Positions 29,445 through 41,212 are shown, numbered from the stretch's first letter. The stretch: 64,000 bases of DNA from a virus (IMGVR_UViG_2565956658_000004:1-64000), one strand, 5' to 3'. Program-made: numbers and translations. Notes: a model not told the origin generated them from the sequence alone.

Positions 29445-30688
29445 TGGCAGGTTTAAAATTATTTCCGATCGCAGGGATGAACAATGTTTCTGCTGATGAT
29501 GCTTTACAACGTGGTGGTGATTCACCCAAACTTTTTGTGCGTGATGCGTTGAATGTCGATATCTCAGATACGGGACGTATTGCCTTGCGTAAGGGGGCAG
29601 TTCAAGTATCAGCATCAAACTTTAAGAATATCTGGCAAAGCCCATTACACAAGGATGTATTTGCGACACTGGATCATGATGTTGTGTTAGTCAATCCTAG
29701 GGACTGGAGCCACAGGATACTGGGTGAAAATATTGTCGGCCAATACGCAAGCTATAAGGTCGTTAATAATCTGGTGTATATCTGTACTGATATTGATTTA
29801 TTTGTCTTTGATGGCGTTGCATTAACAGCGTTGAATGTTCCTTTACCTTATTTTAGCAAGGAACCCATTCTAGGCGATGGTGGGCAGTTACCGCATGGCA
29901 ATTACGTGATTGCTATGTCATTGCTTAAAAATGGCAGAGAGTCAGGTCTATCTGAGTCAAGGCTGATTAAAATTGATAATGACCTTACACAAACCAATCC
30001 TGATTTTGCGATCAATAGTTTAAAAAAAATCCAGATCAATATTCTTGAATTGAAATTGCTGAATATTGATGCGGTACGGGTTTATATCACTTACACAAAT
30101 GGTAGCGTGCTCAGGCATTATGATGATTTCAATATCAATGGACTGGGTTCAAACATTGATATTCTTTCCGTGGATAAGCTTGGTTTTGAAGCACAGTTCG
30201 AGAATTATTCACCGATGCCAATTGGTAAGTTTTTTGATTTCTGGAATGGTCGATTACTTACTGCAGATAAAAATATTATCTATTTTTCTGAACCATTGGC
30301 ATATCACCTCAACGATGAAAAGTACGGCTTTGTGATGTTGCCTCAGCGGATCACTTTCTTAATGCCAGTTGATGGTGGTATTTGGGTGGGGCAAGTGGAT
30401 CATGTAGTGTTTTTGAGTGGTGGTCAGCCTGATGAAATGACTTTTATCAGAAAAACTGCCCATGCACCTGTGCCATCCAGTGCAATGCTGGTTGATAGTG
30501 AAACAGTGGGGAGTGATATTTCCCAAGGTGGGGCGAAGTCTGCCTTGTGGTTAGCTGAGAACGGCTATGTAATAGGTACGTCTACGGGTCAAATCATTGA
30601 ACTACATGCAGGCACATTAAAAGGCATTACATCAAAGTCGGGGAGGTCTGTAAGGCTAGGGAGAAGAATAATCACTGCGCTAGGCTAA
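29444..30688 (+). CDS. Tail protein (nozzle/tail tubular-like beta protein)
   Basis: GMNN...DALNVDI N-terminus; beta-rich; position. Confidence 0.6.
   Translation: MAGLKLFPIAGMNNVSADDALQRGGDSPKLFVRDALNVDISDTGRIALRKGAVQVSASNFKNIWQSPLHKDVFATLDHDVVLVNPRDWSHRILGENIVGQYASYKVVNNLVYICTDIDLFVFDGVALTALNVPLPYFSKEPILGDGGQLPHGNYVIAMSLLKNGRESGLSESRLIKIDNDLTQTNPDFAINSLKKIQINILELKLLNIDAVRVYITYTNGSVLRHYDDFNINGLGSNIDILSVDKLGFEAQFENYSPMPIGKFFDFWNGRLLTADKNIIYFSEPLAYHLNDEKYGFVMLPQRITFLMPVDGGIWVGQVDHVVFLSGGQPDEMTFIRKTAHAPVPSSAMLVDSETVGSDISQGGAKSALWLAENGYVIGTSTGQIIELHAGTLKGITSKSGRSVRLGRRIITALG
30644..30686 (+). promoter_or_regulatory. Late-promoter motif copy 4 (inside 3' end of upstream gene)
   Basis: AGGTCTGTAAGGCTAGGG ... 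TAGGCT at the same spacing as other copies. Confidence 0.55.
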
Positions 30689-30720
30689 ACCATGATTTAT
30701 TCAATGAAAGGGTTTGTATC

Positions 30721-31305
30721 ATGGAGCGCAAGTTACAACAAGCTATTGCCGGTGATCTAGGGCGAGAAAATTTTGATTACACTGCAAATGGAATTTATCT
30801 ACCTCGGCAGGGAATCTTAGTTTCTGGTGAGTACTTTGACCGCATTAATGGTGGGGAATGGCAACATACCTGTAACCTTGTGGTCAATGAGGGTTTGGCA
30901 CATCTGCTTAATGTCGCAATGGGTAGTAAAGCCAAGGCAGCAGGTTATTATCTTGCATTGTTCAGTGGTGCAACCGCACCAGCTGCAAACTGGACAGCCG
31001 CCAACTTTGCTGCGGTGTCATCTGAGATTGTCAGTTTAACAGAGGGCTATACCAATGCCACACGTCCACAGTGGACACCAACCGACACTACAACCAACCA
31101 GATTGACAACTTTGCCGCAACTGCCACAGTCACCATTGCTACATCATCTCAGTTAAATGTTACTGGTGCCGCATTGCTGACCAACAATGTCCGTGGTGGT
31201 ACTTCTGGTACATTGATCTCTGCCTCAAAATATAGTGCAGCACGTACCTTTCAGGATGGGGATGTCTACGACATCGGTTACCGTTTAAGTTTCACTGCCG
31301 CATAA
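30721..31305 (+). CDS. Virion structural protein
   Basis: NLVVNEG motif; Ala/Thr-rich. Confidence 0.7.
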   Translation: MERKLQQAIAGDLGRENFDYTANGIYLPRQGILVSGEYFDRINGGEWQHTCNLVVNEGLAHLLNVAMGSKAKAAGYYLALFSGATAPAANWTAANFAAVSSEIVSLTEGYTNATRPQWTPTDTTTNQIDNFAATATVTIATSSQLNVTGAALLTNNVRGGTSGTLISASKYSAARTFQDGDVYDIGYRLSFTAA

Positions 31306-31309
31306 GCTT

Positions 31310-33895
31310 ATGCACAGCCCACGCCCGTATGGGCTTTTGGTGCTTGATGGTGAGCTGAGTAATCAAGATCAATTATTTATTGATCAAGAACTTAAAATTC
31401 TAACGAACAACAAGTCCCAATCAAATTTAGAAAGCATCAGGCAAGTAAAAAACTTGCCTGATGGTGGTTATGTCATTCTGCAAGATATGGGTGGCATTTT
31501 AAAGGCAATCGCCTACAAAGGGATGTTTACCCAGACAATTCAATTTGATGGGCTAATTAAGTTCTATGTACCTATGCTATTCAGTGGGGTTATTACACAT
31601 GCAAATGTTAGGGCTGAACAGGGTGTTGGAATTAAACTGACTGAGCAATGTCGTCGTAGATTAAATAATTATTCAATAAATAAACTACCTCCAAAAAAAT
31701 TATTTTTGAAAAGGTTTGTCATTGAACCACATCCTGTTCTGGCGACTGAATTTGCTGGTGATGGTCTGAGTGATGTCGTAACAACACAATATGCAGAGCA
31801 GCACCCAACATGGTATAGCGGTGCAATGTCTGAAGTGATGCAGATTTCTGGTGGCTATGGGATACAAGTATTTAATTTTTTGCCTGAAGATAATATTGAG
31901 CAAGCGAAATACATCATTCCACCCAAATATTTGAATAAAATTTTTGATGAACTCCATGATGTTAGGTTGCCTTGTTACAGCGGCATACCACCTGTTTTGG
32001 GGCAGTTTCAGTTCGACTATAAGTTTTATCATACCAATGGTGTTGTATTTGATAATGAGAGTAAACCTTGGTTAATAAAAATTGATCCAAGTGGCGTATG
32101 GGCAATGCCAATGCCTATTATCCCAGTCACAGCAACACAGGCATTTCGAGAATATATTGAATCTGTTAATGACATAGAAATATTAAAAATTTTAGACAGA
32201 TTTGGTGCGTTGCCAAGCGGTGAGGGAATGCCCTTAATTCAGCAAGATTTTTATGCTTGGAAAAGAGCTGGAGTAATCATAAAGGTTTGTGACTCATCCG
32301 ACTTTTATGAGCATATTGCTTATTCAGATGCTTGTGGCTGGACATTTAACTCATCAGGTACAGAGTGCTTTAATACCGCATATTCTGTTAATGAAGATGG
32401 CTTAAAGTTTGGTGTTGCTTACAAGGCTAAGTTTAATTTTAAGGCCGCTGATCGATTAGGTTGGTTAAGTAAAATCGACATTATTGGTAAGAATGCAAGC
32501 ATTGTTTCAAAATATCTAAGTTCACTACTCAATCTTTTACCTAAGGGCGAACAAAAAACCTTAGCAATTCTTTATAAACTACGTCGTGTTTCTAAGGATG
32601 ACATTTTTCAGCTTGCTCAAACAAGTTTAGCTGATCCTATGGGCGTAACTTCAGTTGATGTTGATTACTGGCATAATCTTGAACTAACGCCGATTGCTCA
32701 ACATACTGGAAAAGTTGTAAAAGTTGGGCAAGGATATTTATTTCACAATGCTTTGCGCCAAAATCAACCTCAAATCAAGTTTCCAAATGTAGGACGTAAA
32801 GGCTGTATTTCTTTTGATTTTAGTCCAGTGAAATCAGTCGATAAAAGCTCGAAGCCAAATTGCGATACCATCATGTATGGTTATTATGTTGAAGACAGTC
32901 TCAAAGTCGTCAAATATTTTGTCGACTGGCGTTCATACATTGCTGAGTACAGTGGAAATTTTGAACGAATAATGATCGTTGGTTCATGGGAACAATTAGA
33001 ACGTGTTGGATCCACATCGTTACAAGGATACTTCTATACAAGTGATCTTGATTATCGAGAAACGTTTTCACCAACTGAAATTAAAACAACGATTATAGGT
33101 GAGGATAAGGGCTTTGATACCAAGCCGCATTTTAGTTTTTTGTTTCCTGGCTCATGCAACGGTGAAGTATGGAGAAACCGCTATTTCACTCATAAAACAA
33201 TTACGACTACTTACAACAGTGAATCGATTGCTATCGGTATATGCATTCCTTTTTTTGACCGTAACTCCATATTGTTGGCAAAGAAGAAAGCCACCTCAAG
33301 TACCAGCAATCATGAGCAACTGGAATTGCTTTACGTTCAGGACCCATATAAGTACATCTATTGGACCTATGATTTTGTATATGCATGGGTAGGCCCAATT
33401 CCCAAGAGAACGGGTAAGCCAGAACCCGTAAATGGAAACCCTGTATGGGTGGAAATTGAGCAATACAACCCGACTGAATTTTCAGACTTTGCTGATCAGG
33501 GGGCTTGGTTGCCAACTGCACCCTATGACATTACATGGCTGGTCCATCCTGATTCAAACCAGTGGAACTACAATGGCGGTGGAACCATACCCAAGGTTAA
33601 GGAATATTCAAAGACTGAGGTAAAAGGCGCAGAAACAACTGGTGATCTGTCATTTAGCGTTATTGATCAAGCGTACAAAGTCTTTGCAAAATTACCCGAT
33701 GAAGGATATTTCACAACGTCTCCAAACAATGCAGGAAACCTGTTCTATAAGGATGCCTGTAGGGTTGTATTTGGAGACAGTGTATATGCCAACATATCTG
33801 AACTAGACCAAAATAACCGTCGATATAAGTGGGGTTATTCAGCATTGGTTGACGATAAGTCTGCATATCATTTTATTGGAGTAATCAATGAGTAA
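31310..33895 (+). CDS. Large virion/tail protein
   Basis: 861-aa ORF in late operon. Confidence 0.65.
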   Translation: MHSPRPYGLLVLDGELSNQDQLFIDQELKILTNNKSQSNLESIRQVKNLPDGGYVILQDMGGILKAIAYKGMFTQTIQFDGLIKFYVPMLFSGVITHANVRAEQGVGIKLTEQCRRRLNNYSINKLPPKKLFLKRFVIEPHPVLATEFAGDGLSDVVTTQYAEQHPTWYSGAMSEVMQISGGYGIQVFNFLPEDNIEQAKYIIPPKYLNKIFDELHDVRLPCYSGIPPVLGQFQFDYKFYHTNGVVFDNESKPWLIKIDPSGVWAMPMPIIPVTATQAFREYIESVNDIEILKILDRFGALPSGEGMPLIQQDFYAWKRAGVIIKVCDSSDFYEHIAYSDACGWTFNSSGTECFNTAYSVNEDGLKFGVAYKAKFNFKAADRLGWLSKIDIIGKNASIVSKYLSSLLNLLPKGEQKTLAILYKLRRVSKDDIFQLAQTSLADPMGVTSVDVDYWHNLELTPIAQHTGKVVKVGQGYLFHNALRQNQPQIKFPNVGRKGCISFDFSPVKSVDKSSKPNCDTIMYGYYVEDSLKVVKYFVDWRSYIAEYSGNFERIMIVGSWEQLERVGSTSLQGYFYTSDLDYRETFSPTEIKTTIIGEDKGFDTKPHFSFLFPGSCNGEVWRNRYFTHKTITTTYNSESIAIGICIPFFDRNSILLAKKKATSSTSNHEQLELLYVQDPYKYIYWTYDFVYAWVGPIPKRTGKPEPVNGNPVWVEIEQYNPTEFSDFADQGAWLPTAPYDITWLVHPDSNQWNYNGGGTIPKVKEYSKTEVKGAETTGDLSFSVIDQAYKVFAKLPDEGYFTTSPNNAGNLFYKDACRVVFGDSVYANISELDQNNRRYKWGYSALVDDKSAYHFIGVINE

Positions 33896-35228
33896 TCGCT
33901 ATCGGGATGATATTCACGAAATCATTGCTTACTCGAATAGCACATTCGGACAACAAGCTAGTGTTACTGACGAGGTGATGCATGTCACCGATAATGTTAA
34001 ATCTAAAGTAACAGTCCATAGTGCTGATGAGGTTGTGGCTGCGGATGATATTGTTGACCGCAGGATTCAGGCACTGAATGACCAGATTGCCTTGGTCGAT
34101 ACTTTTATTGGGCGCAAGCGCCACATTGACCATATTTTTGAAAAAATCATTTTAGTTGATCGCTTCAAGGCGCGGTTACATGCCAAGACATTTATTGATG
34201 ATGTGATTGATACCGCCAATAGTCATCGTGAACATTATACGGGCACTACAAAGGACATGCTGGTTGTGTCTGAGAATATTGTAGGTCACAAGCACAGTGT
34301 TTCAAGGATTACCGATAGGCTCAAGGTCAGTGACCAGTTCAATCGCCCACGGTATCGGGATAATGTGACAGATATTCTGGTTGTCACCGATCTTTTTGCA
34401 CGCCATAGAATCCGTTCATTCATGCATGAACGGATTGTCAATCAGGACATATGGCACAGTACCCGACATGCTCAATCCAGAGTTTATGAGCTTATTGGCA
34501 TTAAAGACAAGGGAATAGGGCGGTTCTCCCAACAGGTTATTGATCATGTTGGCTTTGCAGAACGGTATCAACAGCGTTTATTTGCTGTGCAGTATGTTGT
34601 GGACGTGCTTAACGCTACTGAAGAATTTAAGCAGTTACGTCGTGTAAAACAATGGATTTATGAAAATCTGGCAATTGTGGAACAGCCAGCAGGCAAGTGT
34701 TACGCAAAGCAGTTTATCAATGAACTGTTGTTTCTGGATGATGATGTACTGGGCGAACGTCATCGTGGATTTGCGTGGACGGCCAATGTTGATACATGGG
34801 CAATGTCACGTTACGACAGCTATCAATTCCATGACATGGTTGTTATTGATGAAGTGTTATATGGCATGAATGACAATGGAGTTTTTCGCGTTGATGCGGA
34901 TAGCGAAGTTGCTGCCAAGGTAGTGACAGGTCAACTGGATGTAGGGAAAGGACAACTTGTTCATCCTGTTGCTGCATATCTTGAATACCAATTATCTGGC
35001 AGTTCCAAAAAGCTGGAAGTGGGTGTAAGCACCACACAAAGTGGCACAAGGCAGACCTATTACTATTCGTTACCAAATGAGCAGGCGGACTATCTAACCA
35101 ATGGTCGGGTGTTGTTTGGGCGTGGACTACGTGGTCGGCACTTTGCCTTTGAATTTAGGGTCAGTGCCCAGTCTGGCTATATCAATGATTTAAGCATTGA
35201 TGTGACTCCAACCAAGCGGAGAATTTAA
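33888..35228 (+). CDS. Virion/tail protein with repeated Asp-containing units
   Basis: 446 aa; C-terminal GRGLRGRHFAF. Confidence 0.65.
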   Translation: MSNRYRDDIHEIIAYSNSTFGQQASVTDEVMHVTDNVKSKVTVHSADEVVAADDIVDRRIQALNDQIALVDTFIGRKRHIDHIFEKIILVDRFKARLHAKTFIDDVIDTANSHREHYTGTTKDMLVVSENIVGHKHSVSRITDRLKVSDQFNRPRYRDNVTDILVVTDLFARHRIRSFMHERIVNQDIWHSTRHAQSRVYELIGIKDKGIGRFSQQVIDHVGFAERYQQRLFAVQYVVDVLNATEEFKQLRRVKQWIYENLAIVEQPAGKCYAKQFINELLFLDDDVLGERHRGFAWTANVDTWAMSRYDSYQFHDMVVIDEVLYGMNDNGVFRVDADSEVAAKVVTGQLDVGKGQLVHPVAAYLEYQLSGSSKKLEVGVSTTQSGTRQTYYYSLPNEQADYLTNGRVLFGRGLRGRHFAFEFRVSAQSGYINDLSIDVTPTKRRI

Positions 35229-35230
35229 TC

Positions 35231-37819
35231 ATGATGTATCCAACACTTGATGTCGTGGACAAAGCCGTTGAGCAGGTTCATGATAAGATGAATCTTTTTG
35301 AAAGTCGTATAAGTTCATATACATCGCAGCTTACAACTGCATTGAATACGATGAGTAATATTGTTGTAGGTGGCGATTAACCAGAAGCCCCTTTACTAGA
35401 ATACAATAATAATTTACCACCAAATTATCAGCTGATTACTCCACCTAATTTCATTTTACCTTCGATAGTACCTCCTGTACTCGATTTTGGTGAAATGCAA
35501 GCAATAGCGGCACCGCAACCCATAAAAATTCCAGAAATTACGTTTAGTGTTGACCTGCCTGTACTTCCAGCCTTGCTTGTTCCACCAGCAATGGATGAGA
35601 TAGAACTGGAAGATCCTGTATTTGATTTGGACGCTTTAACTTTACCCGCAATGCCTGATCAGGTATTTGAATTGGGTGATATGCCAGTACCCGTTGATTT
35701 AAGCAGGATTCTAGCTGATCTGGATCTGTCTGGTCTGGAATTGCCAGAGGCCCCAATTGCTGTAACACCAACCGAAATTGCTGCTCCAGTTTTAGCTGTT
35801 TTGGAAAAACCAGAGAAACCAGAATATGAAGAACTGGATTTTCCCGAATTCCCTGAACTTGAAAAGTTTCCTGAATTCCCTGAGTTTGATAAAAAATTAG
35901 AGTTGCCTGAACTTGATTTTAAAAAAATTAATACGGAGTTTGATGACCTCATCACCAATGTGGATGAAACAAATACATCGATTAAGGAGGAAACAACAGA
36001 ATTTATTGATAGCTATCTCGCTTCAGTCGATGATACATATGGCTCTCTAGAGGATGCACGGTCTGAGACATACGATATTTTTGTACGTGATTATGATATT
36101 GCTGAGCATGAGAAGCTAAAGGCCTCAAACTGGTTTTTCGATATGCTTGAAAGCTGGCGCAATGGTGAAGCCACTCCGTGGTCAGGCGTACAGCAACAGA
36201 TTGAGCAGCAAAGTATTGATGCCGTATTCGACAGGGAAAATCGGGTAACCCAAAGTGAGGTTAAAGCAGTTTATCAGGACTGGGCTGCACGTGGATTTTC
36301 AATGCCGCAGGGTGCAATGGCAAAGCGAGTTGACTATGTTCGCACACAGGGTAATTTACGTGCATCAGAAGCGTCACGTGCGGTAGTTGTTGAAGCATTT
36401 AAGGAAAAAATTCAGGAAGTGCGTTTGATCTTTGATCGCTGCCTTGATATTGAGCAACGTTTGTATGATCGTTTCATGCAGAAGAAAAAACATGAGCTGG
36501 ATATTGTTCAGTTAAAGTTTGATTTTGCAAAGATGCGTTTAAGCGAATTGAAAGAAGCCTTTCAAATCCGTATGGATGCAACCAAGTATTTTATGGAAAT
36601 CTATAAATACTTTATTGAAATGACCATGAAGAAAATGGATGTTATTCGTTTTCAACTGGAGTACATGGATTTTGAAATGAAAATCCGCCAATTTGCCATT
36701 GATTTATATAAACAGAAAGTCGAAGCAATCATGGCGAATGTTGAGGTGTACAAGACATTACTGGACACAGTAAAACTGAGGGCTGATACGATCAAGACCC
36801 AGTTTGACTTATATAAAACAGAAATGGATGGTTTTTCAACTGAATCCAATTTTGAAAAATTAAAAGCTGATTTATATGCAACACAGGTTCAGGCAGAGGG
36901 GCAACGACTAGGTTTATTTGAAACAATGGCAAAAAATTATATTGCCAATATTCAGGGATTGAGCGCAAGGGCAGATGTCCTTAATAAGCAGCAGGACCTA
37001 AAGCTTGATGCAGCCAGAGTTGACCTGCAACGCTACCAGTCTGATCTGGACTATCGTCGTACGATATTGCAGGAACAGTCAAAAGCCAATCAGGATTTAA
37101 CCAGCAACTATGTGCGCCAGATTGAGGCATTTAAAACAGCGGTTGGTATGCAGCTTGGTGTTGTTGACGCAAAGGGTAAAAATGCCCAGATCCGTGCCAA
37201 CCTTAAAATTGCCAATGCGGACATGCGCTCAAAGTATGCTGACATGAATGCCCGTATCAGTATTTCCAATGTTGATCTACAGACCAAGTTTCTGGACATG
37301 CAGAGCCGTTCACAGCTTGCCAATCTTGATGCCCAGGTGAAGCAGGCCGACATGCTGACCCGTGTTGGAATATCCAATGCGGAAATTCAGGCCCGTGTTG
37401 CCGAGTCCAATGCACGTATGTATACAGCTAAGGCAGATGTGCAGGCTAAATATGCTGATATGCAGACCCGTACCACCCTTGCGGTCGCTGATATGCAGAG
37501 CAAGAATGCTGATATTCAGGCACGGGTTGGAATTGCAAACTCAGAAATTCAGACTCGTTTTGCCGAGCTTAACTCCAAGATTGGGGTTTCCAACAATGAG
37601 ATGCGTCTTAAACAGTATGATTCGCAGATCAGCAGGATGTTCCAGAAAACCCAGTTGGCGTTGGATGCGGAAAAGGCCATTGCACAGTATTCAGCACAGT
37701 TGGCGGCTGGTGCCTTGTCTGCAATGCACGTTTCAGCAAGTATTAGTGGCAGCGGTTCAAGCTCAATGAGCTATGGTGCAAGTGAGTCTGAAAGTACGAG
37801 TCATAACTATAGTTATTAA
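35231..37819 (+). pseudogene. Coiled-coil internal virion protein interrupted by in-frame TAA at 35378-35380
   Basis: ATG 35231 directly follows the previous stop; 49 codons, TAA, then the same frame continues into the 774-aa ORF (WAARGFS motif). Confidence 0.75.
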
Positions 37820-37850
37820 CTAATATTTTAAGCTTGATTGGTAAAATGTA

Positions 37851-39086
37851 TTATGTACATATTTGCCAAGGGCAAGAGTCTTTTTCAGGAATTGGGTCAT
37901 AGTCATCACCATCGCCAGGCTTGCTTGGAGGTGGAACTCTACTTATTTCCAGTTCTATTTGTTTTAACTTGGAACTTAAGTCTACATTGTCCTGAGTAAT
38001 GCTCTCTCGCAATTGATTATATATATTTAATGTGTCTGGATTCTCAATCGATAATTTTGAAATTATCTCAATTAATAGATTGTTTTTATTAATAGATTCT
38101 CTGATTTGGGATAATGCAGCGGTTAGTGTTTGAAGATTTGTGCCTCTATTGTCAAATGCTGTATTTGATTTTTTTAAGTACTTTTCAAATTCATTTTTTG
38201 ATTCATTGAGCTTAGAAACTATTTGTTTGTTAAGTTCATCTTCTTTTTCAATTCTATTTAATCTAATTAGAGTAATTGCATCATATATTTTTACAGCCTC
38301 AATAATATTTCTTTCAATTTCATTAAAAACTGATTTATTTATCTTGCTTGGAGTGTATAAATTTGGATCTGGTAATCGATTGTATAATGTTAGGGCATCA
38401 AAATCACCTTGCTTTAGATCTCTAGGGTCACTATTTCTTATGAAAAGATTTAGTTTATCTTTAGCAAAATCATAACATTTGTATGAATTTAAACATTTAC
38501 CATCTAAATCATTCCAAATTTTCCATCGATAATCAATTCGCTGTCTAAATTCTATAACCTGTAATTTTTCTGTTCTTCCATTAAGAAATTGGCATTCAAC
38601 TCTCGTGGCATTTCCTAAGAAATCAGCATACTTAACTTTATAAAACAGTGGATCCTTATCGAGTTCGAGCAAACCTAATTGATTGTAATCGTTATATACT
38701 TTAGCAATCGGAATAGGTCTTGATCCAAATAATGCATCTTTTAGGGTTTCCAATAAATTTTTACTTACTCCATTTGATGTGCAAATAATTGGATCATGAC
38801 TATTTTCCATGCTGTTTTTAATCGATAAATCAATACGATCAATATATTTCATAACGCTTTTATCAATAATAGGCATACTCTCTTGTATACCTTTTACAAC
38901 ATTATCTTTTATATTTTCTGGTAATTTATTAAATAGTTGTCTTGTTTCAGGCCCTAAATCTGCCATGACTTTACCTTGTACCGTCACCTCCACATCTTGT
39001 TCTGAATCAAATAGCCCAGCATGTGTTGATTGAGATAAAATAAAACAACTAAGACTTAAATTTAATAAGTTTATTTTGCGCCCCAT
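37851..39086 (-). CDS. Secreted/periplasmic moron protein
   Basis: Probable start MGRKINL with signal peptide ending THA-G; antisense to late genes; AT-rich. Confidence 0.7.
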   Translation of the reverse strand: MGRKINLLNLSLSCFILSQSTHAGLFDSEQDVEVTVQGKVMADLGPETRQLFNKLPENIKDNVVKGIQESMPIIDKSVMKYIDRIDLSIKNSMENSHDPIICTSNGVSKNLLETLKDALFGSRPIPIAKVYNDYNQLGLLELDKDPLFYKVKYADFLGNATRVECQFLNGRTEKLQVIEFRQRIDYRWKIWNDLDGKCLNSYKCYDFAKDKLNLFIRNSDPRDLKQGDFDALTLYNRLPDPNLYTPSKINKSVFNEIERNIIEAVKIYDAITLIRLNRIEKEDELNKQIVSKLNESKNEFEKYLKKSNTAFDNRGTNLQTLTAALSQIRESINKNNLLIEIISKLSIENPDTLNIYNQLRESITQDNVDLSSKLKQIELEISRVPPPSKPGDGDDYDPIPEKDSCPWQICT

Positions 39087-39149
39087 AAGTATCGCTCTTT
39101 TTATTGTAATGAAAAAATAATACAAAATTATAACTAACTTTTCTACACA

Positions 39150-39191
39150 CCCCTTGTAGGGTTCGACAGGTGGTAAGAGATAAGAAACCAT
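39150..39191 (+). promoter_or_regulatory. Late-promoter motif copy 5
   Basis: CCCCTTGTAGGGTTCGAC ... AACCAT. Confidence 0.7.
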
Positions 39192-39220
39192 ACATGGTAA
39201 ATGTCTTATAGGTATTCATC

Positions 39221-41134
39221 ATGTATGGTATGCAGCGCCCAAAAAAGGATGGTCAATCTGAACTCATTGAGGGTCAGGGCACAGGAACCTCCGACAGTAT
39301 TAAAAAAAATGTACCCGCAGGAAGCTTTATCATGCCTGCAGATTCAACACAAAAAATCGGTCCCAAAAACCTTAAAAAATTGGGAAGTCCCCAGCCAGTT
39401 AATCTTAGTAAAGGTGAGTTCCAAATCCCTCCTGAACAGGTTCATCAGGTTGGTGTGCAAGCCTTGGAACAAATGAAAGATGCCACGCATACACCTGTTC
39501 CAGATCAACAGGGTTTTGGCTTTAAGCCTGATGCAACAAAGTCACAAGTCCAACTACAACGTGAACCACCTAAACTGGGTTTCAATGCGGCAGCTTTAGG
39601 AAATTATCAGAACAATATTAAGATTGGTGAGAGTGGTAGGCCTGAACTGTTCTTTGCTAGTGGTGGTGTTGTGCCTCATGTAGATGATGACTTAAGTAAA
39701 TCATTTACAGCGGACGTTCTACGAAATTCTAGGGATAATGCAGCAAACAGTTTTAGCCAAGGAAATTATGCGCGTGGGGTAGGAGAAGCAGTGCGTGGAG
39801 TTGTTGGATCAGTCCCAGCAGCTGCATATGATGTTTCAAAATCAGCTTATAACACTTTTGGTCGACCAGTCGCCAATGCAATTGATGGCTTTTTAGGTAT
39901 GGGGGAGAACCAACAAACAGCTATTGCTAAGCCAGACCCTACCAAATTAGCAACAAATGTTACACCAGCAGCAGCCAAACCTGATCCTGCAAAAACAAGT
40001 AATGCTGCAACCTCGGCAACCCAACCTAATTTAATGACAGGCGTAACTCCAGAAAAAGCAGCAACAGCAGTTTCATCTGATTTATCTCAGCAGAATACGA
40101 AGCAACCAGTTTCAATGTTTACAGATACATCGAATCAGAATACTGCACAATCTGCTGGCAATCCTTACGCTATTCAGTCAAAGGGCAATAGTTTTAGTTA
40201 TGCTGATCCACAAGCCGCAGCGCAGGCACGGGCAGCAGGTGTTCCTGAACTTCAAGGCTCAGGTATTCAAACTGGATTAGGTATCCGTGGTGTTAAAGAT
40301 TTTATGGCAAATACCCGTGAGATGGGAGCCAGTGATCAGCAAATACAAGCTGCTCTGGCTCGTCGAGAAATGAATTTGGGAATGCAGGGTTTTGGTGGAA
40401 TTGCTCGACAGCTACAAGTACAAGAGCGTACACCAGCGCAAGAAGCACAGTTGCAGACCGAAATCCAAAGAATAAGCACTCCAATAGCAGGTGCACGTGG
40501 CTTAACAGCAAGCCAGCGTAACCAGATTAATGACCTACAACAGGGTTATTCAAACCGTGAAAATGACGTTTATAAAACTTATGCTAACAATGCAGCAGCT
40601 TTACAGCGTGAAGCTATGGGGCAGGTAGGACAGAATTATCGTGCTGAGTTAGGTGAGCAAGGCGCAAATAGTCGTTTTAACTCTAATTTAGAACTTGATG
40701 CTCAGAAATTTAATGCTACGAATGATCTGGCCAACCGTCAATTTAGTGCTGAACAGTTAAGCAACATGCCAGCACGTATGAAGCAACAAGCTGAATTGAA
40801 TTTGCTTCAACAGTATGATGCAGCTCAGACTGATGAAGAAAGAAAGCCGATTCTTGAAAAATTAGGGATGTTGAGAGGGCAGGCGCAGCAGCAAGTTGGT
40901 AAACTTACACCATTTAAGCAGTATGAAGTGGTTGATGCAAAAGGTAATGTGACACAGCCAGCAAAAGATTATTTCATTGATGAACAAGGGCGAATTATCG
41001 ACCCAATGGCAAATATGCAGTCGCAGCAAATTCCACAAGCAGCGATTGAACATCTGCGCAAGAATCCAAATCAATCTACATATTTTGATGAAATGTTTGG
41101 TAAAGGCTCCGCTGCTAAATATTTGAAGGGGTAA
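39221..41134 (+). CDS. DNA ejection (internal virion) protein
   Basis: Gln/Ala-rich; GQGTGTSDSI...LSKGEF N-terminus; C-terminal AIEHLRKNP...FDEMFGKG. Confidence 0.7.
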   Translation: MYGMQRPKKDGQSELIEGQGTGTSDSIKKNVPAGSFIMPADSTQKIGPKNLKKLGSPQPVNLSKGEFQIPPEQVHQVGVQALEQMKDATHTPVPDQQGFGFKPDATKSQVQLQREPPKLGFNAAALGNYQNNIKIGESGRPELFFASGGVVPHVDDDLSKSFTADVLRNSRDNAANSFSQGNYARGVGEAVRGVVGSVPAAAYDVSKSAYNTFGRPVANAIDGFLGMGENQQTAIAKPDPTKLATNVTPAAAKPDPAKTSNAATSATQPNLMTGVTPEKAATAVSSDLSQQNTKQPVSMFTDTSNQNTAQSAGNPYAIQSKGNSFSYADPQAAAQARAAGVPELQGSGIQTGLGIRGVKDFMANTREMGASDQQIQAALARREMNLGMQGFGGIARQLQVQERTPAQEAQLQTEIQRISTPIAGARGLTASQRNQINDLQQGYSNRENDVYKTYANNAAALQREAMGQVGQNYRAELGEQGANSRFNSNLELDAQKFNATNDLANRQFSAEQLSNMPARMKQQAELNLLQQYDAAQTDEERKPILEKLGMLRGQAQQQVGKLTPFKQYEVVDAKGNVTQPAKDYFIDEQGRIIDPMANMQSQQIPQAAIEHLRKNPNQSTYFDEMFGKGSAAKYLKG

Positions 41135-41136
41135 AG

Positions 41137-41160
41137 ACCACCACCCGAAGGGTGGTTTTG
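41137..41160 (+). terminator. Terminator
   Basis: CCACCC-GAA-GGGTGG-TTTT. Confidence 0.65.
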
Positions 41161-41212
41161 CTTACTAAATTTTATACAGATATGGTAAAATTGATGTTAG
41201 AGGTGAGGGTAC

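Noticed and set aside
35810-35920. Repeated FPE/LPE codons
   Set aside because: Low-complexity Pro/Glu linker in a virion protein.
36798-36812. CC-AGTTTG, PAM plus six seed bases of the spacer
   Set aside because: An 8-nt match is expected by chance in 64 kb and does not extend.
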